A DNA stretch of 39,531 nt. Origin: a virus. Its lineage: Duplodnaviria > Heunggongvirae > Uroviricota > Caudoviricetes. The DNA lies in the IMG/VR virus record IMGVR_UViG_2548876950_000007. One strand, 5' to 3'. The translations under genes and the position numbers were made by a program. Below the pieces are notes generated by a model. It did no database searches. It saw only the letters and a list, made by a program, of their open reading frames with translations, and had not been told where the DNA came from. Below are positions 31,434 to 39,531 of the stretch, in pieces. Numbering within the stretch: position 1 is the first letter of the stretch; every line of letters starts with the position of its first letter.

Positions 31434-32626
31434 TAATCATCATCCCCGTATAGCTTGCGGGTAACTTCTTCGTCTTCCTCCTCGTCTTCGTCCAGGTCTT
31501 GTTCCAGCCATGGGTCGTTTGATGCACCTTCAGTATCAACATCTCCATAACCGCCTGTATCAACGATATCGGCGATTTCTTCCCTACGCTGCTCAATCCA
31601 CAATGCGGCATCGGCGCGGCGGTTGGCGGCCCGTTCTCGCGCAACTTTGTCCAGATCTTCAAGAGAAGGGCCACCGACGGCTGTTTGCCTTTCCTCATCA
31701 TCGGTATTGGTCTTAGGAGCACGCAGATCGGCTTTGATTTGCTCCAGCATCAGGGGCGGCACTTTTCCGCCATGCGCCTCGATGAATTCAGCTGCTTCCA
31801 GCACTGACCAGTTATTTTCACGCTTTCGTTCGTATGCCAGCTTAACAATGCCAGCTTGCCCCATAGATAAAGCGTGCTTTTCCGCCTCCCGGCTTTCTTT
31901 TCGATAGTTATTCCGGATGCTGTAAATGGTGTTGATCAGGCTGCTTATCTGCGCGGAACAGCTGTTTAGCATGCTCGCGATGCGATATTCAGGCGGAGTC
32001 CCTTCATCATCGTCTTTTTGCTGATCGCGCATTTCCTGCACCAGACGAATACACGTATCCCTGGCGTTCTCCAGCATAAGGAGATGAGAAAGAGACTTTT
32101 CCAGAAGAGTGGTTTCCAGAACATCGGCCCCGGACCGACGCAACATAGCGCGAGCGGCCTTCCGCGCTTCAACGTTATCTATCAGGTAATCGCCAGCTTC
32201 GAATTCAAAGCGTTCACCATCATCATCCAGGGTGTCGCGTTCCAGGCGATCACGTAAGGTCCGGTGGGCGCGGGTGATCACGTCATGATCATCAGAACGA
32301 TCATTTATGCGCTTATTTTGGCGCTTCGCATTCTCGACTGCGGCACTGACAACGGCATTAACCCTTTGTTTTTCCGCTATTTCAGCCGCAATGTGATCAC
32401 CTGCATGTTGATCATTAGAGTGATCAATGATCATGCTTTTTAGTGGCTTCCTGACTGGCTTATTTGGCTTGCGGCTGTCCGCTGTCCTGGTGTCTTCTTT
32501 GAAGGCACGGAGATAACGACGTGCAGTATTAGGGTTAAGATTAAACTCGGCGGCATACTGTGCGATGGTGTAACCACCATCTCGCGCCAGGCGAGCAAAA
32601 TTCTTCTTGTGATCGTCCCAGGTCAC
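31433..32626 (-). CDS. pacA: PacA, terminase small subunit / pac-recognition protein (397 aa)
   Basis: Matches P1 PacA; acidic C-terminus; contains the pac site. Confidence 0.9.
   Translation of the reverse strand: MTWDDHKKNFARLARDGGYTIAQYAAEFNLNPNTARRYLRAFKEDTRTADSRKPNKPVRKPLKSMIIDHSNDQHAGDHIAAEIAEKQRVNAVVSAAVENAKRQNKRINDRSDDHDVITRAHRTLRDRLERDTLDDDGERFEFEAGDYLIDNVEARKAARAMLRRSGADVLETTLLEKSLSHLLMLENARDTCIRLVQEMRDQQKDDDEGTPPEYRIASMLNSCSAQISSLINTIYSIRNNYRKESREAEKHALSMGQAGIVKLAYERKRENNWSVLEAAEFIEAHGGKVPPLMLEQIKADLRAPKTNTDDEERQTAVGGPSLEDLDKVARERAANRRADAALWIEQRREEIADIVDTGGYGDVDTEGASNDPWLEQDLDEDEEEDEEVTRKLYGDDD
32275..32433. other. pac: pac packaging site: two clusters of TGATCA/CGATCA hexamers with Dam sites
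   Basis: Hexamers at 32275, 32286, 32298 and at 32394, 32409, 32421, 32428 (plus 32247), inside the 5' part of pacA. Confidence 0.8.
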
Positions 32627-32711
32627 TTATGCTTCCTTTCGTAAAAACTCTTTTTGACGCGAGGGTAACGAAAGTCACATGTCAAAAGGCCCGGAACGGG
32701 CAAGCAATCAA

Positions 32712-33164
32712 TCAGATACGTGCGGATGTGGCATTACCGTAATGACGGTGCTGACGGACCACCTTATTGAAAAGTTGACGCGCCATCACCCAAGGCTGGT
32801 GCTCCCGGCGTTCCTTTTCGTCCTGCGTCATATAGAGTTCGTTCTGGAGTTTTTCATCAAACCGGCGCGGAGCGCGGCTGCGGCGAAAGAATTCAGGATT
32901 CAGAGAGTGGATCTGAAATCTACGTGGGCGTGTACTGTCATCAATCAAAACAGACGAATACTTAGACACAGCGATAGCCTTTAAGCGCAGATAAACATCG
33001 CGCTTATCGACATCCAGATGCGGGTATTCCTTTTCAAGAATTGCTGCGAGTTCTTTCGCTGATAGAAGAGATTTAGTGCGGATCATGTAATCCGCAATCT
33101 CGTACGATGTTATTCGTGAGTGATTTATTTCCATGAAGTGGCGTCCCTGCCAGTTAAGTAACAT
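32712..33164 (-). CDS. lpa: Lpa, late promoter activator (150 aa)
   Basis: Size and synteny; C1 operator immediately upstream. Confidence 0.55.
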   Translation of the reverse strand: MLLNWQGRHFMEINHSRITSYEIADYMIRTKSLLSAKELAAILEKEYPHLDVDKRDVYLRLKAIAVSKYSSVLIDDSTRPRRFQIHSLNPEFFRRSRAPRRFDEKLQNELYMTQDEKERREHQPWVMARQLFNKVVRQHRHYGNATSARI

Positions 33165-33234
33165 CCTGTCACCTACTGATTAGCCCATGTCAACTAATCA
33201 ACGTCGAATATAATACCCCCGATTAAATAAATAG

Positions 33235-33251
33235 CAATACATTAGAGCAAT
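33235..33251 (-). promoter_or_regulatory. C1 operator upstream of lpa
   Basis: caatacattagagcaat, 14/17. Confidence 0.5.
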
Positions 33252-33252
33252 T

Positions 33253-34296
33253 TTATCTAACGCTCGACGAATGACTTGTGATAGCGCCGACTCCAAGCGC
33301 GTAATCAAAGAACAATCGTTGATGCATCGCCAGCCTACCGTGCGTCTTCTCCCAATTATCGCGGTCACGCTCAATATCACGCTGGCATGACTGGCACAGA
33401 GGAATTGCGTAAATGTCATGCGCGCATAATCGACTATGACGAACGATATAAGGCGTAATGTGAGCGCCAGCTCCCGCCGCTCCACACCCACAGCATGGAC
33501 GGGAAGCAACAAAGTCCATGTACTCAGGTAATTTTAGCGATTGCAGTTTTGGTATTTTGAAATGCGCCATGCCAGGGTCGGAGTCAACATCCACAGGGCA
33601 TACTTTTGCACGCATCGGCGCGGCGCGTTCTTCCATCATCTGAACATATGCTGTAGCGCGATCGTCATACGGGCGAATATCCGCCTCTTTCAGAGGTCCG
33701 CTATCCTGCGTTGCGGCTTTCATCTTATTTATTGATATACGGCAAACTTCTTCCGGCATCAGGTGCATCATGTTGCGCATGAAAGCCCACCAGCACAGTT
33801 CCTGAATACTTAAATCATGGCCATCTGAAAGCCCCATTTCCTGACGGGCGACATCCAGTATCCAGTTAACGCGATTATTATGCAGCGTTTCTTTCAGCTC
33901 ATTAAAACCACGCATCCGGTAATGGTTATCGTGATGCCAGCACAACAACACCGCGCTATTGTCTCGTTCTGCGTGGACAATATGGTTGTCACACCAGCTA
34001 CGATCTGCGGCCTGGCATTGCCCCTCTTTCCTGCGCAACCACGCCACCAGCGCGTCAATTCCACCAATACGGCGAAACAGTTCATCGCTGTTAAAAAACG
34101 GCTGCAACGCCTCATTTGTTGCCATAGTTTGCTCGGAAACAACGAGGCCGTCGTCCATGTGCTCGATTAACTCACGCGGCACCGGCTCCATAATAAATTT
34201 ACGGCCAGCCTCCACCAGCTTTCTGACTTCCTGATCCACTTTGAATGTGGCGACGCCAAGCTCTTTTTGTACAAAGGGAGTAATTACGGCTTTCAC
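33253..34296 (-). CDS. pdcB: PdcB-like protein (347 aa) with a Cys/His-rich C-terminal region
   Basis: Size and synteny; CCGCG...H...C..C cluster near the C-terminus. Confidence 0.45.
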   Translation of the reverse strand: MKAVITPFVQKELGVATFKVDQEVRKLVEAGRKFIMEPVPRELIEHMDDGLVVSEQTMATNEALQPFFNSDELFRRIGGIDALVAWLRRKEGQCQAADRSWCDNHIVHAERDNSAVLLCWHHDNHYRMRGFNELKETLHNNRVNWILDVARQEMGLSDGHDLSIQELCWWAFMRNMMHLMPEEVCRISINKMKAATQDSGPLKEADIRPYDDRATAYVQMMEERAAPMRAKVCPVDVDSDPGMAHFKIPKLQSLKLPEYMDFVASRPCCGCGAAGAGAHITPYIVRHSRLCAHDIYAIPLCQSCQRDIERDRDNWEKTHGRLAMHQRLFFDYALGVGAITSHSSSVR

Positions 34297-34323
34297 ATCA
34301 CACCTTTCATCACTGATTGGGCT

Positions 34324-34524
34324 TTATCTGCTGCCCGGCATTCTCTGTTTAAGCACAACCATTTCCTGACGGCATAACACAGCAATAGCGGTCCTGGCAC
34401 CAATTTGCTTACCAACCAGGTATTGCTTTACCTCGCGGCGACTCACGCCATCAAGAAGCATCTTTAACGCTTCACGGGACAATTTGTTGTATTTACGTGC
34501 CATTAATCTACTCCGCGGAACCAT
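34324..34524 (-). CDS. pdcA: PdcA-like small protein (66 aa)
   Basis: Size and synteny; overlaps the doc 3' end. Confidence 0.4.
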   Translation of the reverse strand: MVPRSRLMARKYNKLSREALKMLLDGVSRREVKQYLVGKQIGARTAIAVLCRQEMVVLKQRMPGSR

Positions 34525-34888
34525 ACAATCTACGTAACGTGTCGGCGACAGAAGATACAGATATCTCGCCAGTCGCAGCCCCTACAGTAAGGTCTGCCAG
34601 TTCAGGGGAATCAAATACCTGCACCCCGTTACGGCGTAGAAATAGCAGCGCACTGTTTAGCGCGGTACGCTTATTGGCATCATTGAATATATGCCCTCTC
34701 GCTGTAGCTACCAGGTAGGTGGCGGAGACTTCGAAAAGGTCGGTGATCTCTTCGTAGGCAACTCTGGCCTGAACTCTCCCGATAATGGCCTCTGCCCTAC
34801 CCGGATCTGACATTCCCGGCAGGCCGCCGTAGCGGTTTATATTCGCATCATGAAGCGCAATAAGTTCTTCCGGTGATATATGCCTCAT
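34508..34888 (-). CDS. doc: Doc toxin (Fic-fold kinase, 126 aa)
   Basis: Matches P1 Doc in length and sequence. Confidence 0.9.
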   Translation of the reverse strand: MRHISPEELIALHDANINRYGGLPGMSDPGRAEAIIGRVQARVAYEEITDLFEVSATYLVATARGHIFNDANKRTALNSALLFLRRNGVQVFDSPELADLTVGAATGEISVSSVADTLRRLYGSAE

Positions 34889-35109
34889 TATCGGTTAACC
34901 AGTTCCTTGTTGGTGGAGTCCAGGGTGTCAAACAGGGATGCAAATTCAGCATCCAGCGCCGCTTTTTTGTAGGCTTCGAAAGTAGCCTTGCTGACAATTA
35001 CTGCTGGCTCACGGCCTCTGCGGGTGATTTCAACCTCTTCCCCGGCTTCAACATTGTTGAGCACTTCAGAAAGGTTGCCACGCGCGGTACGGAAGTTAAT
35101 GGATTGCAT
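34888..35109 (-). CDS. phd: Phd antitoxin (73 aa)
   Basis: [32 protein letters not shown]... matches P1 Phd; stop overlaps the doc start. Confidence 0.9.
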   Translation of the reverse strand: MQSINFRTARGNLSEVLNNVEAGEEVEITRRGREPAVIVSKATFEAYKKAALDAEFASLFDTLDSTNKELVNR

Positions 35110-35181
35110 AAACACCTCGTGTACTCGTTATGTGTACACAATTATAAACTTCACAGGCATAAAGCACCAGCACTTTGCAGC

Positions 35182-35571
35182 TTAAATAACCGGACAATCA
35201 TCAAATTCCCCACTTCGGGCATCATTGATGACATGAGTGATCACACCAAAAACAGCATTACTGCCCGTGTATCCATCGTCATCTACTGGTAACGCCTCTT
35301 TCTTCCCGGTGCTTAAGTCCTCCAGGTGCTGGCGCGGATACTTCCTGTATCTCTTTATGCGATATTCACCCTCCATAGCGCACACAAGCAGAGAACCATC
35401 AACCGGAGTAAGCGAGGAATCAACCACCAGCAAAGCACCCTGCAATATTCCCTCACGGTGATGGCTATCAGCTGCCCGCATGAAGTAGGTCGCTGAAGGA
35501 TGTCTAATTATCTGCTGATCAAGAGAAATTCGGCTTTCAACATAATCCGCCGCAGGAGAAGGGAAGCCCAT
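35182..35571 (-). CDS. humD: HumD, UmuD'-like protein (129 aa)
   Basis: UmuD/LexA-type S24 peptidase fold without the N-terminal cleavage arm; matches P1 HumD. Confidence 0.8.
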   Translation of the reverse strand: MGFPSPAADYVESRISLDQQIIRHPSATYFMRAADSHHREGILQGALLVVDSSLTPVDGSLLVCAMEGEYRIKRYRKYPRQHLEDLSTGKKEALPVDDDGYTGSNAVFGVITHVINDARSGEFDDCPVI

Positions 35572-35589
35572 AGCGTTTTACCTCAATGA

Positions 35590-35609
35590 TACTGTTTATT
35601 CATACAGTA
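35590..35609. promoter_or_regulatory. LexA (SOS) box upstream of humD
   Basis: taCTGT-ttattcat-ACAGta fits CTGT-N8-ACAG, 19 bp upstream of the humD start. Confidence 0.6.
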
Positions 35610-35694
35610 TACATTGAAAAGGCATAGTTTGTGAAAGCGGGGTTTGTAGGCGCGCCACGCTGGGGGCTAATCACATTTCTCCCCCATCTTGCCG

Positions 35695-35946
35695 TTATTT
35701 TTTTGGTGCATCCTCGTTCTGATACACCGGATCGCTCCCTTTTGGCAACTGGAGGCTTAACTGCCGGTAGTGCCGTAGCCGTTCCATGAAATAGGCGCGC
35801 AGGTTTTCCGGTTGCTCACGGGCCACCTGCTCTGCAATCACAGGTATATTCAGCCGTTCTTTGTAAGCAACGCCGCTGGCGGCAAGGTCTACGTTCACCT
35901 TGTCTCGCTCTTCCTGGCTTTTAGCTGCTATATTTCGATCTGACAC
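35695..35946 (-). CDS. hot: Hot, homolog of the DNA polymerase III theta subunit (83 aa)
   Basis: [36 protein letters not shown] aligns with E. coli HolE. Confidence 0.75.
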   Translation of the reverse strand: MSDRNIAAKSQEERDKVNVDLAASGVAYKERLNIPVIAEQVAREQPENLRAYFMERLRHYRQLSLQLPKGSDPVYQNEDAPKK

Positions 35947-36313
35947 AAGAAACCTCCAGGAGTTAGTGGATCAGGCACATGCACAATAACGTTCTCAATG
36001 TTAGCCGTTCAATTCAGACAATCAGAGACTGCACCAGTGTGGTGGCATCAATCCCATTGCGGAACAGCATAGACGAACTGCAAATTCGTGTATTGAATCC
36101 GAATCAGGCTAATAAGCAATTGCGCTTTATTTTGACGCTGAAAAGTGAAACAGAGGGGATAAAGCACAGCGTAAAAGTGTTTTCTGAGGCCATTCTGCTT
36201 AATGGGAAGCTCCGGCATCTGGTAAGGCCAGAACGTCAATATCCTGACGTCCTGGCGCGTGAAAAAGACCTTCTTTCTGAAGTTCAGGATAGGGTGATCG
36301 ATTTCGTCAAATG

Positions 36314-36598
36314 CTATCCCCTGCATTGAGGGCAGGTGTTCCCTTCCGCAAAGTAGGGAAAATTGCTATCAAGTTCATCACACCATCTGCGATGGTCGTA
36401 GCACCAAAACGCCTCCCACGGTGCACGGAAATACTTCATCCACCAGGACACTCGATCAGGTATATCTGCTGGTGGCAGTTCTTCTGGCAATAATTTGCCT
36501 GATAATTCCCTTTCCGCCCGCGACAGCATTTTTTTGAGGCTCGCGTTCTCTTTTTCAAGCTCATCTACGCGCACCTGTAATTCAGCTTTCGTTGGCAT
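36314..36598 (-). CDS. hypothetical protein (about 94 aa from the internal ATG at 36598) with coiled-coil and a C-terminal Cys cluster
   Basis: Long ORF 36314-36679 overlaps the upstream gene; internal ATG gives a tidy junction. Confidence 0.35.
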   Translation of the reverse strand: MPTKAELQVRVDELEKENASLKKMLSRAERELSGKLLPEELPPADIPDRVSWWMKYFRAPWEAFWCYDHRRWCDELDSNFPYFAEGNTCPQCRG

Positions 36599-37232
36599 GG
36601 TCCACCTCATGCTTTTCAGCCACCAGCGGCAATAAAGCCCTGGCCATCTTATGAACCAATAGTGCATCAATAATGCCAAGCGTATGCCCCGGCTTAATGT
36701 TTAATGCCGCCTCAAGGCGACACCTTTCCAGGCCACTTTTCTCGGCTTGTTTATGATGATCTGGTGTAATAACGTCGCCCAAAACACGGCTAATTCTTTC
36801 TCGTAATTGCTGGGTGCCAGCACACTTGATCGCTGTATCGTGGAGACGGTTAACCAGTTCGCGATAAACATGCGGCTTAATTCGGATACGTTCACCGGTG
36901 ACGCCCTTTCCTGGTGCTGGCACCGAACTATCCGGAATATCCGGATAGTTGCCAGCCTCGTAAGCTACCCGCAGCCAGTGCATGAATGTTTCAGTGGACA
37001 CACAACCACAGTCCACATCGATTTTCCCGCGTTGCTGTTCCAGCCAATGCTCAAAATTCAATCTACACGTATTACTTTCATGTTGCTCTTTTTGTCTCAA
37101 GGCCAGCATCTGCTGGGCTATTTCCAATACTTCATCTGCCGTATATCCAGCACCGTGACCATACATTTCGATACGGGAAATAATCTCTGATATGCGCTCT
37201 TCAGTGATTCTGGTCATTTCTTTTTGCGCCAT
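36582..37232 (-). CDS. hypothetical protein (216 aa)
   Basis: Intact ORF in the co-directional late-region gene string. Confidence 0.45.
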   Translation of the reverse strand: MAQKEMTRITEERISEIISRIEMYGHGAGYTADEVLEIAQQMLALRQKEQHESNTCRLNFEHWLEQQRGKIDVDCGCVSTETFMHWLRVAYEAGNYPDIPDSSVPAPGKGVTGERIRIKPHVYRELVNRLHDTAIKCAGTQQLRERISRVLGDVITPDHHKQAEKSGLERCRLEAALNIKPGHTLGIIDALLVHKMARALLPLVAEKHEVDHANES

Positions 37233-37588
37233 TTCTTTTCACATTCCTTAGTCCATTCTTCAATGTTCATTTTGGCAATATCAGTCATTCCATCACCTAA
37301 GAAATACTTTTTCCGGTATGTCTTGCACTTAACCCACACTACAACAGCCACCAGCCAGAAAATAAAAGGCCATACAGCAATACCAACGACAGCCGCGATA
37401 AAGCCCAATAGCCATAAATGAAGCTCTCCAACTTCTGTTTGCGGCAATATTCTTAAAGAATTAAACAGCAGACTGAAGGAATGGTCGTATGCATTGGCGG
37501 TATAAGACATGCAATCCATATAATTAAAGTCATAGCCTGCGGCTGCCGCCCATAATGGGCGGTCAAGAAAATGTTTTAGTGTCATCAT
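37214..37588 (-). CDS. small membrane protein (124 aa), AT-rich
   Basis: Long hydrophobic segment (LHLWLLGFIAAVVGIAVWPFIFWLVAVVVWV) and a Lys-rich C-terminus. Confidence 0.45.
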   Translation of the reverse strand: MMTLKHFLDRPLWAAAAGYDFNYMDCMSYTANAYDHSFSLLFNSLRILPQTEVGELHLWLLGFIAAVVGIAVWPFIFWLVAVVVWVKCKTYRKKYFLGDGMTDIAKMNIEEWTKECEKKWRKKK

Positions 37589-37594
37589 ATAAAT

Positions 37595-37984
37595 TTAAGG
37601 TTCAGACCAGTTATCTTCAATAGCAATGCTTAATCTTTGTAGCCATTCTGCTAATTTCAGCATTGCTTCTCTTTCGCTTAAACCACGAGGAAAATCATCA
37701 AGTGAAATTGTTGGCTTGAATCCCCCGTAATTATCCATTTCAACTGTCAGATTTTGTTCCAGCACGGTATTTCTTACGCGACTATTGTGCCGGAGCAAAT
37801 ATACTGAGCGTGATTTATTGGTTTTGTGGTCTAGCTTATATTCGGTAAGTATCATCTGGCTTTTGCCATGATTATTACCTCTCCACATACTTACCTCACT
37901 TAATAAAACAACTCCATGCGTAGTTGATGATTTTTTCCCACGTAATATAAATCTGCACTCCGGCAGTAAAACCAAAGCCAACAA
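37595..37984 (-). CDS. hypothetical protein (129 aa or shorter), AT-rich
   Basis: ORF in the AT-rich block; start uncertain. Confidence 0.35.
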   Translation of the reverse strand: MLALVLLPECRFILRGKKSSTTHGVVLLSEVSMWRGNNHGKSQMILTEYKLDHKTNKSRSVYLLRHNSRVRNTVLEQNLTVEMDNYGGFKPTISLDDFPRGLSEREAMLKLAEWLQRLSIAIEDNWSEP

Positions 37985-38066
37985 TTGCTGAAAAAATCAA
38001 AACATTTACTTTTGACATTATAAATTTTCTCTCGGTGTCGTAGGTTATAGCACCATAATTGATAAT

Positions 38067-38318
38067 TTAGTGAGTTAGCAGTTCCATTTTTTGGATGATT
38101 TCCGCATGAGCATCATCGTTGTCAACACTTAACTCGTTTAATGCCTCTCGCACTACATCAACTTCTTCTGGTTGGAAGAAGTCATCTCGGTAGTCACCAA
38201 ATAGAACCGAAACAAGCCTTCCACCAGCAACATCAAGATTGGCGCTAACAGGTGGCTCTTTACCATCCTCAAATTCGACTACAAAAGTTAATTTCCCCAT
38301 CGTTACCACCAGCGACAA
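38067..38318 (-). CDS. hypothetical acidic protein (83 aa), AT-rich
   Basis: ORF in the AT-rich block. Confidence 0.4.
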   Translation of the reverse strand: MSLVVTMGKLTFVVEFEDGKEPPVSANLDVAGGRLVSVLFGDYRDDFFQPEEVDVVREALNELSVDNDDAHAEIIQKMELLTH

Positions 38319-38382
38319 ATTGAATACAAACCCAGTGCTGCCGCCATCACAATTCCTACCGTTGCGAATGCTTCAGGCCAGC

Positions 38383-38742
38383 TCATTGACCTGCCTCCTG
38401 GGGAGGTTCTGGTAGCAGCATCCAGAACAAGGCGTTCCCTAACCAGGATAAAGTGCCGTCGCTCAACTCCACGTATTCCCCTTGCACCTGTCCTGCCATA
38501 TACTCACCGTGCTTTGAATAAATTAAAATCCAATCATCTTGAGCGGGCATTCGCTCACTACAGCTTATCCAACCATCCTTAGATGCGGCTGTATTGGCAT
38601 AGGCCTTACGGTGCTTCTGTAGCTCTGCTGCAATCGCTCTCACGACTTCAACTGGTGCCCTTGCAGCAAACTCAATGTTGGTGATCAGCTCATTAAGATA
38701 TTTCTCGCTTGGGTAGCATTTCTTATTGGTAAAGGTTGTCAT
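38383..38742 (-). CDS. DUF551-like phage protein (119 aa)
   Basis: W-rich C-terminal region typical of DUF551; start overlaps the upstream stop (TAATG). Confidence 0.45.
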   Translation of the reverse strand: MTTFTNKKCYPSEKYLNELITNIEFAARAPVEVVRAIAAELQKHRKAYANTAASKDGWISCSERMPAQDDWILIYSKHGEYMAGQVQGEYVELSDGTLSWLGNALFWMLLPEPPQEAGQ

Positions 38743-38930
38743 TAGGCAGCTCTCTCAACAACAAGCAATTCGTCGTAGTCATAATCAGTTTCGGAACCAT
38801 CCGTACCGAACAGAGTCACTTTGTCACCGTCCATCCAGAAAGATTTAACCGCACATTGTTGACCTTTAGATGTTATGACCACATCACCAGGTATTACGTC
38901 CTCAGCGCGAACTTCTATAGTTCTCATCAT
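38742..38930 (-). CDS. small protein (62 aa), translationally coupled to its neighbours
   Basis: ATG at 38930 overlaps the stop of the upstream gene (ATGA). Confidence 0.35.
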   Translation of the reverse strand: MMRTIEVRAEDVIPGDVVITSKGQQCAVKSFWMDGDKVTLFGTDGSETDYDYDELLVVERAA

Positions 38931-39250
38931 GCTGATCCCTCTTTCTCTCCCCGGATAATTCTGTTGCACACATCCACGCACTCGTCGCAGATGAAAACGG
39001 CGTCCCCAGCAATTAACTTTTTGACGGCGTGCTGGGATTTGTTGCAGAAGCTGCAACAAAGTGTTCGCCTGACTGATAAGGATGGAGCGCCAGATGTCAG
39101 CCGCTCCATATCGTTCTTGCGACGCAATATCACACGGCTGAACTCAACCAGTTTCTCCGGGGATATATCCTCCTCCGTAGCGAGCGTCTCTAGTCGTTCG
39201 AGTATGTTGAAGGCTTTTTCTTGGGTAATAGCAGAGTGCGATGTGGTCAT
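38927..39250 (-). CDS. small protein (107 aa) with a ClpX-type N-terminal zinc-binding domain
   Basis: [37 protein letters not shown] aligns almost residue-for-residue with the E. coli ClpX ZBD ([37 protein letters not shown]). Confidence 0.6.
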   Translation of the reverse strand: MTTSHSAITQEKAFNILERLETLATEEDISPEKLVEFSRVILRRKNDMERLTSGAPSLSVRRTLCCSFCNKSQHAVKKLIAGDAVFICDECVDVCNRIIRGEKEGSA

Positions 39251-39522
39251 TTTCTTTCACCTTCAATGTTCGTGGCGCTGGCAAGATTGTCCTTGCGAAG
39301 AAGAGCGGCTATGCGCTTACTTCCATCCGAGATAACGCCCTCGTAATACTCACGCTGCTCGTTGAGTTTTGATTTTGCCAACTCCAGTTGTTTTGTTAGT
39401 TCCGCAATACGGCAAACATCGTTGATACGCGTTTCCTCTAATGCGTTGATCTCATCCAGTAGTGCCAGCACGGTTTCTGGTCCGGCCAGAAATTTGAAGG
39501 CGTTGAGCGCATCAATATCCAC
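39247..39522 (-). CDS. hypothetical coiled-coil protein (91 aa)
   Basis: ORF whose stop overlaps the start of the ZBD-like gene (ATGA). Confidence 0.4.
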   Translation of the reverse strand: MDIDALNAFKFLAGPETVLALLDEINALEETRINDVCRIAELTKQLELAKSKLNEQREYYEGVISDGSKRIAALLRKDNLASATNIEGERK

Positions 39523-39531
39523 ACCGTAATC

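Noticed and set aside
35979-36329. 116-aa plus-strand ORF, and an overlapping 92-aa minus-strand ORF (36048-36326), in the gap after hot
   Set aside because: Neither has a convincing SD or recognisable domain; I could not decide which strand, if either, is coding.
38742-39059. 105-aa ORF overlapping the ClpX-ZBD-like gene by 133 nt
   Set aside because: The N-terminal extension lies inside the upstream gene; the true start is most likely the ATG at 38930, overlapping the upstream stop.

Overview
This window reads as a contiguous segment of a bacteriophage P1-like phage-plasmid, in reverse orientation relative to the usual P1 map. Gene assignments rest on protein sequences I recognise (Cre at roughly 98% identity to P1 Cre from memory, C1, Coi, Cin, Ref, Doc, Phd, PacA, PacB, Lyz, SSB, HumD, Hot) and, for the rest, on ORF size and synteny with P1 recalled from memory; no database search was possible. 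Order along the + strand: cix site and cin (31-617); the darA anti-restriction/lysis operon (676-8030); two unknown genes at the position where P1 carries IS1 (8190-9915); ssb and lyz; pro and prt (head protease and portal); darB-ulx-lxc (14409-21895); a GNAT acetyltransferase gene where I recall P1 has its res-mod restriction genes (21978-22586); ref; a cre operon with two extra upstream ORFs (24424-26450); loxP (26640-26673); the immC region with coi and c1; a complete c4/icd/ant-type antirepressor module between c1 and pacB (28259-29948); pacB-pacA with the pac site; lpa, pdcB, pdcA, doc, phd, humD, hot; and a block of small late-region genes (36314-39522). Repeated copies of the asymmetric C1 operator motif mark the C1 regulon. 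No rRNA, tRNA, CRISPR array or transposase was found. The most notable observations are: the antirepressor module sitting next to c1, a small protein that mimics the ClpX zinc-binding domain, the GNAT cargo gene, the two genes translationally coupled to cre, and an ssb gene whose conserved acidic C-terminal tail is out of frame.
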